Shown here one piece after another: positions 45,598 to 55,366 of a stretch of 62,659 bases of DNA. This stretch comes from Actinomycetes bacterium (lineage in GTDB: Bacteria; Actinomycetota; Acidimicrobiia; Acidimicrobiales; RAAP-2). The number at the start of each line of letters is the position of its first letter. Position 1 is the first letter of the stretch. Location of the stretch: assembly GCA_021794995.1 (NCBI GenBank), contig JAJYPY010000001.1, forward strand, positions 1 through 62,659, read 5' to 3'. The notes beneath the pieces are model-generated. The model ran no database searches. It was given only the letters and a program-made list of their open reading frames with translations, and had not been told where the DNA came from. Made by a program: the position numbers and the translations under genes.

Positions 45598-46685
45598 CGC
45601 GCACCGCCGTCGCGATGGGGTCCGGGCGACGCGACCCTCTCGTCGGCGCGGCGGCCTACGACCTCTCCCGGGACGACCTCGGTGCGTTGCTCGCGGGCGA
45701 GCCCCGCTATCGCGTGCGTCAGGTGTGGGACGGGCTGTACGCCCGCGTGCGGCGTCCCGAGGAGATGACCGATCTTCCGCTGGCGCTGCGCCAGCACCTT
45801 GGCGCCGTCCTGCGCCCGGCGCTCCGTGGGGCCACGCGGCGCAGCGCGGACGGCGGGGAGACCGTGAAGTGGGCGTGGTCGCTCGCCGACGGGCGCGAGG
45901 TCGAGACCGTGCTCATGGCGTACCCGGACCGGGTCACCGCGTGCGTGTCCACCCAGGCGGGGTGCGCGATGGGGTGCGGGTTCTGCGCGACGGGGCAGGC
46001 AGGGTTCGGCCGCCACCTGACCATGGGGGAGATCGTCGAGCAGGTCGTGATGGCGATGCGCGAGGCGCGCCCGCGTCGCCTGTCCAACGTCGTGTTCATG
46101 GGGATGGGGGAACCGCTCGCCAACTACGACCGCACGTGGGCGGCGGTCGAGCGCATCCACGGCGAGCTGGGCATCTCTGCTCGCCGCCTCACCCTGTCCA
46201 CCGTGGGTATCGTGCCGGGCATCCGCCGGCTGGCAGCCGCGTCGCTGCCGGTGAACCTGGCCGTCTCGCTGCACGCCGCCAACGACGAGCTGCGCGACCG
46301 GCTCGTCCCGATCAACCGGCGGTACCCGCTCGCGACGCTGGCCGGCGCCTGCGCGGACTACGTGGCCGCAAGCGGACGGCGGCTCTCGATCGAGTGGGCG
46401 CTCATCGACGGCACGAATGACCGGCCGAGCGACATGGTCGAGCTCGCCGCGTTCGCCCGCCCCCTGGGCGCGCATGTGAACCTGATCCCGCTGAACCCCA
46501 CCCCCGGCTACGCCGTGCTCGGATCGTCCCGCCGACGCGTGCTCGAGGCACGGGCCGAGCTGGAGCGCCTCGGAGTGAACGCGACGGTCCGGGCGACCCG
46601 GGGCGCCGAGATCGACGCCGCCTGCGGGCAGCTGGCGGCACGGGTCTCCGGCCCCCCGTTTGTCCATCCCCGCGGCGTCCGCTAG
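45585..46685 (+). CDS. rlmN: 23S rRNA (A2503-C2)/tRNA methyltransferase RlmN (radical SAM)
   Basis: CVSTQAGCAMGCGFCATGQ is the CxxxCxxC motif, followed by NVVFMGMGEPLAN and the catalytic C in GAEIDAACGQL. Start is ATG 45585 or 45615. Confidence 0.9.
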   Translation: MDAVTRTAVAMGSGRRDPLVGAAAYDLSRDDLGALLAGEPRYRVRQVWDGLYARVRRPEEMTDLPLALRQHLGAVLRPALRGATRRSADGGETVKWAWSLADGREVETVLMAYPDRVTACVSTQAGCAMGCGFCATGQAGFGRHLTMGEIVEQVVMAMREARPRRLSNVVFMGMGEPLANYDRTWAAVERIHGELGISARRLTLSTVGIVPGIRRLAAASLPVNLAVSLHAANDELRDRLVPINRRYPLATLAGACADYVAASGRRLSIEWALIDGTNDRPSDMVELAAFARPLGAHVNLIPLNPTPGYAVLGSSRRRVLEARAELERLGVNATVRATRGAEIDAACGQLAARVSGPPFVHPRGVR

Positions 46686-46687
46686 CA

Positions 46688-46714
46688 TTAGCAGTCGCAA
46701 GGTTCGAGTGCTAA
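46688..46714 (+). promoter_or_regulatory. CIRCE operator (HrcA binding site)
   Basis: TTAGCAGTC-N9-GAGTGCTAA has one mismatch to the consensus TTAGCACTC-N9-GAGTGCTAA. It lies 22 nt upstream of the groES ATG. Confidence 0.9.
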
Positions 46715-46736
46715 CAGTGCCAAGGAGGCCGCTTCC

Positions 46737-47030
46737 ATGAAGCTTCACCCCCTCGATGACCGGATTGTGGTCCGGCCGGGCGAGTCCGAGGAGACCACCG
46801 CCTCAGGGCTCGTCATCCCCGACACCGCCAAGGAGAAGCCGCAGCAGGGAGAGGTCCTCGCGGCCGGTCCCGGGCGGCGCGCCGAGAACACCGGGGAGAT
46901 CATCCCGCTCGACGTGAAGGTCGGGGACACCGTCGTCTACTCCAAGTACGGCGGCACCGAGATCACCGTCGACGGTGAGGACCTGCTGATCCTCTCCGGC
47001 CGCGACGTGCTCGCCAAGCTGGACAAGTAA
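46737..47030 (+). CDS. groES: co-chaperonin GroES
   Basis: [45 protein letters not shown]. Confidence 0.96.
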   Translation: MKLHPLDDRIVVRPGESEETTASGLVIPDTAKEKPQQGEVLAAGPGRRAENTGEIIPLDVKVGDTVVYSKYGGTEITVDGEDLLILSGRDVLAKLDK

Positions 47031-48770
<1,740 letters not shown>

Positions 48771-48780
48771 CAATCGCCGC

Positions 48781-49467
48781 GTGATCCCCCGACCTCCGAC
48801 GGCCGCCCCCGGCGGACCCCCGCCGTGGACGCCGAGGACCGGGATCACGATCGACGACGTGCTCGACGCGCTCGGGCGGTCCGGCCGGCTGATCGCCGAC
48901 GGACCGCCCGTCGCGCGCTTGGGGGCGCCCGCCGCAGCGTCCGCAGCGTCCGCAGCGCTCCCCGCTGCGCCCGCGGCGGTGCTGGTCGCCCTCTTCGAAG
49001 AGGGTGGCGAGGCGCGGGTGCTCCTCACCCGGCGCTCGACGCAGCTGCGGACCCACCGCGGGCAGGTCAGCTTCCCCGGAGGGCGCATCGATCACGGCGA
49101 AGACGCCGTCGCGGCCGCGGTGCGCGAGGCCTTCGAAGAGATCGGGCTCGATCCCGCAGTCGTCCGCCCCGCCGGCTTCCTCGCCCCCGCCTTCGCCTTC
49201 TCCTCGGGGGACCCCATCACCGCCGTGGTCGCGACCCTGCCCGCCCGTCCCCGTCTCGTGGCGAACCCGTCGGAGGTCGACCGGGTCTTCGACGTCGCGC
49301 TCGCCGACCTTGCAGTCCACTGCACCGTGGAGCGCTGGAGCGAGCCGGGCGTGCCCGCGTTCTTCATGTACTTCTTCGCGGTCGAAGGCGAGACGGTGTG
49401 GGGGGCGACGGCCAGGATGCTCGTCGACCTGCTCACCGCGGTCCTCGGAACGCGTGGCGGGGGCTGA
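48781..49467 (+). CDS. Nudix hydrolase, CoA pyrophosphatase type
   Basis: LLTRRSTQLRTHRGQVSFPGG matches the CoA-Nudix signature LLTxR(S/A)x3Rx3Gx3FPGG. It is followed by the Nudix box GGRIDHGEDAVAAAVREAFEEIGL. Confidence 0.8.
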   Translation: MIPRPPTAAPGGPPPWTPRTGITIDDVLDALGRSGRLIADGPPVARLGAPAAASAASAALPAAPAAVLVALFEEGGEARVLLTRRSTQLRTHRGQVSFPGGRIDHGEDAVAAAVREAFEEIGLDPAVVRPAGFLAPAFAFSSGDPITAVVATLPARPRLVANPSEVDRVFDVALADLAVHCTVERWSEPGVPAFFMYFFAVEGETVWGATARMLVDLLTAVLGTRGGG

Positions 49468-49554
49468 GCGGCACCCATCGGGAGAGGGCCCTCGTCGGAG
49501 ACCGGACGGCCGGTACAGTGGGTCGCAGGTCGAGAGCACGGAGGGCAGGCGGGC

Positions 49555-50718
49555 GTGGCAGACATCGAGATCGGGATCTTCAAGTCGGGGCGCAGGGCCT
49601 ACGGCTTCGACGACATCGCCATCGTGCCGAGCCGCAGGACCCGTGATCCCGAGGATGTCGACATCTCCTGGGAGATCGACGCGTTCCGGTTCGGTCTCCC
49701 GCTCCTCGGTGCGGCGATGGACGGGGTCACGAGTCCCCGCACCGCGGTCGAGCTGGGACGCCTCGGCGGCCTGGGCGTCTTGAACCTGGAGGGCCTCTGG
49801 ACGCGCTACGAGGATCCGAGCGCACTGTTCGAAGAGATCCGCGAGCTGGACGACGACAAGGCGACGCCGCGGATGCAGCAGATGTACACCGAGCCCGTCA
49901 AGGCCGAGCTGGTGACCCGGCGCATCCGGGAGATGAAAGATGCGGGGATCACGACCGCCGCGTCGGTCACGCCCCAGCGCACCGCGGAGCTCGCACCGGC
50001 GTGCCTGGCGGCCGAGCTCGATCTCCTCGTCATCCAGGGCACCGTCGTCTCCGCCGAGCACGTGTCGAAGTCCGTCGAGCCGCTGAACCTGAAGCGCTTC
50101 ATCCGCGAATTCGAGATCCCGGTCATCGTGGGTGGCTGCGCGTCGTACCAGGCGGGGCTGCACCTCATGCGGACGGGTGCGGTCGGCGTGCTTGTCGGCG
50201 TCGGTCCGGGAAACGCCTGCACCTCGCGTGCGGTGCTCGGCATCGGTGTCCCCCAGGCGACCGCGATCGCCGACGTCGCCGGCGCACGCATGCGCCACCT
50301 GGACGAGACGGGCGTCTACGTGCACGTCATCGCCGACGGCGGGATGTCCAAGGGCGGTGACGTCGCCAAGGCCATCGCCTGCGGCGCGGACGCGGTGATG
50401 CTCGGCTCCCCGCTCTCCTCTGCCGTGGAGGCGCCCGCACGCGGCTTCCACTGGGGGATGGCGACGTTCCACCCCACCCTTCCCCGTGGCACCCGCGTGC
50501 GCACGGGGGTGCGCGGCACCTTGGAGGAGATCCTCCTCGGCCCTGCCCACGAGAACGACGGGCGGATGAACCTCTTCGGCGCACTGCGCACGGCGATGGC
50601 CACGTGCGGCTACGAGACGGTGAAGGAGTTCCAAAAGGCAGAAGTCATGGTCGCCCCCGCCCTGCAGACCGAGGGGAAGCAGCTCCAGCGGTCGCAGGGC
50701 GTCGGCATGGGCCACTGA
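49555..50718 (+). CDS. IMP dehydrogenase family protein lacking CBS domains (GuaB3-like)
   Basis: FDDIAIVPSRRT...GVGPGNACTSR is a catalytic-Cys-loop-like motif. 387 aa. Mycobacteria carry a GuaB3 paralogue (Rv3410c) a few genes from groEL1 (Rv3417c). Confidence 0.8.
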   Translation: MADIEIGIFKSGRRAYGFDDIAIVPSRRTRDPEDVDISWEIDAFRFGLPLLGAAMDGVTSPRTAVELGRLGGLGVLNLEGLWTRYEDPSALFEEIRELDDDKATPRMQQMYTEPVKAELVTRRIREMKDAGITTAASVTPQRTAELAPACLAAELDLLVIQGTVVSAEHVSKSVEPLNLKRFIREFEIPVIVGGCASYQAGLHLMRTGAVGVLVGVGPGNACTSRAVLGIGVPQATAIADVAGARMRHLDETGVYVHVIADGGMSKGGDVAKAIACGADAVMLGSPLSSAVEAPARGFHWGMATFHPTLPRGTRVRTGVRGTLEEILLGPAHENDGRMNLFGALRTAMATCGYETVKEFQKAEVMVAPALQTEGKQLQRSQGVGMGH

Positions 50719-52874
50719 CACCGCTCGTCGCGCTCGTCTCGGACCTGAACCCCGCCCAGCGCATCGCGGTCGAGCACCGTGGCGCGCCGCTGCTCGTCGT
50801 GGCGGGTGCGGGGTCGGGCAAGACGCGGGTCCTCACCCGGCGGATCGCGCACCTGCTGGCGACCGGAGACGCGGCGCCGTGGGAGATCCTCGCCATCACC
50901 TTTACGAACAAGGCCGCCGAGGAGATGCGCCGGCGGGTCATCGAGCTGGTCGGTCCGCGTGCCGAGCGGATGTGGGTCTCGACGTTCCATTCCGCCTGCC
51001 TCCGGATCCTCCGGGAGCACGCAGGGCGGCTCGGCTACGACACTGGTTTCACCGTCTACGACGAGGTCGACTCACGCCGGCTCATCGAGATCGTCGAGGA
51101 CGAGCTGCACATCGACACGAAGCGGCTGCCGTCGCGCGCCGTCGCAGCCGTCATCTCCCAGGCGAAGGCCCAGCTCGTCTCCGCCGAACGGTTCGCAGAC
51201 GACGCGTCGTGGGGCGCAGACCCGTACCGCCGCCGCATCGGCAGCGTGTACACGGAGTACCAGCGCCGGTTGCGCGGCGCGAACGCGATGGACTTCGACG
51301 ACCTCCTGGCCTGCGCCGCGGACCTCTTGGCGCGGCACGACGATGTGCTGGAGCGCTACCGCGACCGGTTCCGTCACATCCTCGTCGACGAGTACCAGGA
51401 CACGAACCATGCGCAGCACGCGCTCGTCCGGCTGTTGGGGAGCGGGCATGGCAACGTGACGGTCGTCGGAGACTCGGACCAGTCCATCTACCGCTGGCGT
51501 GGCGCGGACATCGCCAACATCTTGGAGTTCGAAGAAGCCTTCCCCAATTCGGTGACTGTGTCCTTGGAGCAGAACTACCGGTCCACCCAGACGATCCTCG
51601 ACGCCGCCAATGCGGTCATCGCCAACAACTCGGCGCGTCGCCCCAAGCACCTCTTCACCCAAGGTGCCGACGGGGAGCGCATCTGCCGCTATCGGGCTGA
51701 GGACGAGCGCGACGAGGCGTCGTTCGTCGCGAGCGAGATCCTCCGACTGCGCAGCGCCGAGCACCTCTCCTACGGCGACGTCGCCGTCTTCTACCGCACC
51801 AACGCGCAGAGCCGCGCGATCGAAGAGGAGCTGGTCCGCCAGGGCATCGGCTACAAGGTGATCGGCGGCACCCGGTTCTACGATCGCCGAGAGGTCCGCG
51901 ACATGCTCGCGTACCTTCGCGTCATCGCGAACCCCGACGACGAGATGTCCTTCCGCCGCATCGTGAACGTGCCAAAGCGCGGGATCGGCGCGACGTCGCT
52001 CCTGCGCCTGGCGGCTGCGGCGTCCGATGCCGGGACGAGCCTGGGGCGTGTCCTCGAGCAGGCCGAGGCAGCGGGCCTCGGCGGCAAAGCGCTCAAGGGC
52101 GCGCACGAGCTGTCGGCGATCCTGCGCGAGCTGCGCGCGGCCGCAGCCGAGATCACCCCCGGGGACCTCGTCGAGCTCGTCGCCACGCGTACCGGGTACC
52201 TCGACGAGCTGGCCGCAGAGCGCACCCACGAAGCGCAAGGGCGCATCGAGAACATCGCCGAGCTCGCGGGCGTTGCCCAGGAGTACGAGCGCGTCGGCGA
52301 GCTCCTGGAGACCGTCGCCCTCGTGTCGGACTCCGACGAGCTCGAGCCCGACGCCGCCCGGGTCTCGCTCATGACGCTGCACACCGCCAAGGGGCTGGAG
52401 TTTCCCGCGGTGTTCCTCGTCGGGATGGAAGAGGGGATCTTCCCCCATTCCCGCGCCCTTGGCGAGCCCTTGGAGCTCGAAGAAGAGCGCAGGCTCTGCT
52501 ACGTCGGGATCACCCGGGCACGACGGTTCTTGACCTTCACCCACGCCTGGAGCCGCACCCTGTGGGACCGCACCATGCCGGGGATCCCGAGCAGGTTCCT
52601 CTCCGAGGTGCCGGCCGAGCTCGTGCGCGAGGTGGGGACCGGACGGCTCTACGGGGGAGGGGGCGTCACGCGCCCCGCCTCGGAGCGCGTGACCACCGGT
52701 GCCGAGGACCTCGGGCTGGAGCCCGGGGACCAAGTCGTGCACGAGCGTTGGGGTCCGGGTGTGGTGGTCAGTCGACGCGGCGAGGGTGACAAGGCGCAGG
52801 CGACCGTCCGGTTCGCGTCGGTCGGGCAGAAGCATCTTCTCCTCAGCGCGGCGCCCATCCGGCGCGGGGGCTGA
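50604..52874 (+). CDS. pcrA: ATP-dependent DNA helicase PcrA/UvrD (start uncertain)
   Basis: LNPAQRIAVEHRGAPLLVVAGAGSGKTRVLTRRIAHL (motifs Q and I), VDEYQDTN, and QNYRST. The ORF-track GTG 50604 overlaps the upstream gene by 115 nt. The only other option upstream of the conserved motifs is CTG 50715. Confidence 0.88.
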   Translation: MRLRDGEGVPKGRSHGRPRPADRGEAAPAVAGRRHGPLTPLVALVSDLNPAQRIAVEHRGAPLLVVAGAGSGKTRVLTRRIAHLLATGDAAPWEILAITFTNKAAEEMRRRVIELVGPRAERMWVSTFHSACLRILREHAGRLGYDTGFTVYDEVDSRRLIEIVEDELHIDTKRLPSRAVAAVISQAKAQLVSAERFADDASWGADPYRRRIGSVYTEYQRRLRGANAMDFDDLLACAADLLARHDDVLERYRDRFRHILVDEYQDTNHAQHALVRLLGSGHGNVTVVGDSDQSIYRWRGADIANILEFEEAFPNSVTVSLEQNYRSTQTILDAANAVIANNSARRPKHLFTQGADGERICRYRAEDERDEASFVASEILRLRSAEHLSYGDVAVFYRTNAQSRAIEEELVRQGIGYKVIGGTRFYDRREVRDMLAYLRVIANPDDEMSFRRIVNVPKRGIGATSLLRLAAAASDAGTSLGRVLEQAEAAGLGGKALKGAHELSAILRELRAAAAEITPGDLVELVATRTGYLDELAAERTHEAQGRIENIAELAGVAQEYERVGELLETVALVSDSDELEPDAARVSLMTLHTAKGLEFPAVFLVGMEEGIFPHSRALGEPLELEEERRLCYVGITRARRFLTFTHAWSRTLWDRTMPGIPSRFLSEVPAELVREVGTGRLYGGGGVTRPASERVTTGAEDLGLEPGDQVVHERWGPGVVVSRRGEGDKAQATVRFASVGQKHLLLSAAPIRRGG

Positions 52875-53200
52875 CGCCGGACCCGGATCATCCCCGCGGG
52901 CGCGCCCGGCGCGACGCGCCATCCCCCATTGCGGCACACGCCTGACCTGCGAAGCTCGCATTGGCGATGAGCGATCGGTAAGTTCTGATGCAAGAGGCGA
53001 GCTGCGATCGTGCGTCGATCGTCGCGGCTTCGAAGGGGATGGCGGAGGGTGCTTCGCGCTGGCGTTGTCGCGGGCGCGCGGTTCCTCACACCCCGTGAGT
53101 TGCGCAGTCGTCTGGGGAGGCGGCTGCGCGAGGGCTCGGGCCGGGAGCACCGGTCACGGAGCCTCGGAACCGCACTCGACGACGACTCCAAGGAGGGGAC

Positions 53201-54823
53201 GTGGGGACCACGGCTGGCACCGGCGCGCGCGCGGCGCGATGGCACGTGCAGACGAAGCTCGCGGCGTGCGCCGCCGTACTCGGGGCACTCGTGGTGTGCA
53301 GCGCAGCGATGCCGGCGCCGGCTGGCGCGTCGACAGGTCCACCGGCGACATCGACGACCGCGGCCTCCGCCGGCTCGGCGCTCGCGACACTGCCGGCCTC
53401 GTTCCAGAGCTACTGGCTCGCCTCGGCCAACGGCGCGGTCACCGCCTTCGGCGGCGCGCCGCTGTACGGAACAGCGTCGGGGACGCCGCTCGACCAGCCC
53501 GTCGTCGGCATCACCGCCACGTCGACAGCTGGCGGCTACTGGCTCGTCGCCTCCGACGGCGGCGTCTTCAGCTTCGGAAACGCCAGGTACCAGGGCTCGA
53601 TGGGCGGCCAGCGCCTGTACCGGCCGGTCGTCGGCATGGCCGAAGACCCTGCGACGGGCGGCTACTGGCTCGTCGCCTCCGACGGCGGCATCTTCAGCTT
53701 CGACGCGCCGTTCTACGGATCCATGGGGAACCACCCGCTGGACGAGCCGGTGGTGGGGATGGCAGCGATGCCCACAGGCGGTGGCTACTGGCTCGTCGCC
53801 GCCGACGGCGGCATCTTCACCTTTGGCAAGCCGAACAAGTTCTACGGGTCCACCGGGGGCGAGCGGCTGGACCAGCCGATCGTGGGCATGAGCGCCGCGG
53901 CCACAGGCAACGGGTACCTGCTCGTCGCCGCGGACGGCGGCATCTTCACCTTCGGCAGTGCCGCGACGATGTTCTACGGGTCGCTCGGCGGTCACTCGCT
54001 CGCCTATCCGATCGCCGGCATGGCCGCCATGTTCAGCGACAAGGGCTACTGGCTGACGGACACCCACGGTGGCGTGTCACCCTTCGGGACAGCCAAGTTC
54101 TTCGGCGACCTGCCCGCTCCCCAGCCCGTGGTGGGCATCGCCCCGGCGAAGGGGAACGGCGACCCGCCACCGGCGCAGTACACGCCGGGGAGCTACGGCT
54201 ACGACGTCTCGGGCTACCAGTGCTCGAACCTGCCGAGCGGGGCCCACACCATCGGCGTCGTCGAGGTCGACGGCTGGGGGTCCGCCGCGCCGAACCCCTG
54301 CTTCGTGACAGAGGTGTCCTGGGCCAACCCCGGCGTGAACCTCTACATGTTCACGATCTATGGCACCTCCACAACTGCTGAGCCCGGCTGCGCCAGCGCA
54401 CCGGTCCCAACCGCCTGCAACTTCGGGTACTCGGAGGCGGCGACCGACTTCCAGACGGCCCAGGCGGACCTGAACGCCCGGGCGACGGTTCCGTGGTGGC
54501 TCGACCTCGAACAGGCGAACTGGTCGGGCTCGACCGTGGCGAACCAGTCGGTGGTGATGGGCGCGCTGGACGCGCTGCACGGGGTCGGCGTCTCGACAGT
54601 CGGCTTCTATTTTTCCCTGTTCGGCTGGGGCCAGTTGTTCGGGACCTACAACCCGCCGGGGCCGCTCTTCCCTGCCTGGTGGACAGGTCCGACAACGGCG
54701 TACAAGTGTGCCCACGCCCGCACACTCGCCGCGTCGACCGGACACTTCATGCCGTCGGGCCCGATCGAGCTCATCCAGTACAGCGACAACGTCCACGGCT
54801 ACGACGGGGACTACGCCTGCTGA
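53201..54823 (+). CDS. secreted protein: signal peptide + six ~42-aa propeller-like repeats + GH25/DUF1906-like C-terminal domain
   Basis: GTG start 4 nt after AGGAGG. The N-terminus has basic residues followed by the hydrophobic stretch LAACAAVLGALVVCSAAMPAPAGA. Six YWLVASDGG(I/V)F(S/T)FG...PVVGM repeats follow. The C-terminus has YGYDVSGYQ, WWLDLEQ and VGFYFS blocks resembling the GH25 DxSxxQ, lDxE and iYt motifs. Confidence 0.7.
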   Translation: MGTTAGTGARAARWHVQTKLAACAAVLGALVVCSAAMPAPAGASTGPPATSTTAASAGSALATLPASFQSYWLASANGAVTAFGGAPLYGTASGTPLDQPVVGITATSTAGGYWLVASDGGVFSFGNARYQGSMGGQRLYRPVVGMAEDPATGGYWLVASDGGIFSFDAPFYGSMGNHPLDEPVVGMAAMPTGGGYWLVAADGGIFTFGKPNKFYGSTGGERLDQPIVGMSAAATGNGYLLVAADGGIFTFGSAATMFYGSLGGHSLAYPIAGMAAMFSDKGYWLTDTHGGVSPFGTAKFFGDLPAPQPVVGIAPAKGNGDPPPAQYTPGSYGYDVSGYQCSNLPSGAHTIGVVEVDGWGSAAPNPCFVTEVSWANPGVNLYMFTIYGTSTTAEPGCASAPVPTACNFGYSEAATDFQTAQADLNARATVPWWLDLEQANWSGSTVANQSVVMGALDALHGVGVSTVGFYFSLFGWGQLFGTYNPPGPLFPAWWTGPTTAYKCAHARTLAASTGHFMPSGPIELIQYSDNVHGYDGDYAC

Positions 54824-54878
54824 CCCGCCGGTCTCGCCGTGACGGCGGTCCACGAGGGGGCGCGTATCATCGGCCGCG

Positions 54879-55295
54879 ATGAAACGCCCCTACCGCGTCG
54901 TCGTGGCCAAGCCCGGGCTCGACGGCCATGACCGGGGAGCCAAGGTCATCGCCCGTGCGCTGCGCGACGGGGGGTTCGAGGTCGTCTACACCGGTCTCCA
55001 CCAGACGCCCGAACAGGTCGTCCAGGCCGTCGTCCAAGAGGACGCCGACGCCGTCGGCCTGTCGCTCCTGTCGGGCGCGCACCTCACCCTCGTGCCCCGG
55101 ATCATGGACGAGCTCGCGGCCCAAGGCCGCGGCGACGTGCTCGTGCTCGTGGGGGGGATCATCCCCGATGCCGACATCCCGACGCTCAAGGCACTGGGTG
55201 TTGCCGAGGTGTTCACGCCCGGCGCGCGGCTGCCTTCGATCGGCCGATGGCTCGAAGAGGCGCTCGATCTGCGCGAGGCGGAGTCGAGCGTCTAG
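54879..55295 (+). CDS. stand-alone cobalamin-binding domain protein (methylmalonyl-CoA-mutase-type small subunit)
   Basis: RVVVAKPGLDGHDRGAKVIARALRDGGFEVVYTG carries the DxHxxG B12 lower-ligand motif. GGIIPDADIPTLKALGV completes the Rossmann-like B12 domain. 138 aa. Confidence 0.85.
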   Translation: MKRPYRVVVAKPGLDGHDRGAKVIARALRDGGFEVVYTGLHQTPEQVVQAVVQEDADAVGLSLLSGAHLTLVPRIMDELAAQGRGDVLVLVGGIIPDADIPTLKALGVAEVFTPGARLPSIGRWLEEALDLREAESSV

Positions 55296-55366
55296 ACCCT
55301 AGGGACGCGCCACGAGCTCAGCTCCAGGGCGTCGCCGGACCACACAGGCCAGACAGGAAGGACCGC

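Noticed and set aside
52875-53200. A cyclic-di-AMP (ydaO-type) riboswitch in the leader of the hydrolase-like gene.
   Set aside because: I could not find the conserved ydaO sequence blocks as I recall them (for example GGGGUGAAUCC-like or ACCCGAACCCG-like segments) by eye. It is kept only as an unspecified long leader that needs a covariance-model search.
52649-54067. A 472-aa minus-strand ORF with its own internal repeats, opposite the propeller-repeat gene.
   Set aside because: Its repeats are the reverse complement of the + strand repeats. The + frame has a strong AGGAGG RBS, a signal peptide, G/C-rich third codon positions and aromatic-rich beta-strand-like repeats. The minus product is Arg/Asp/Gly low-complexity.
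54824-54878. A cobalamin riboswitch upstream of the B12-binding domain gene.
   Set aside because: The spacer is only 55 nt, too short for the ~200-nt riboswitch. It contains only a small hairpin and a TATCAT -10-like hexamer.
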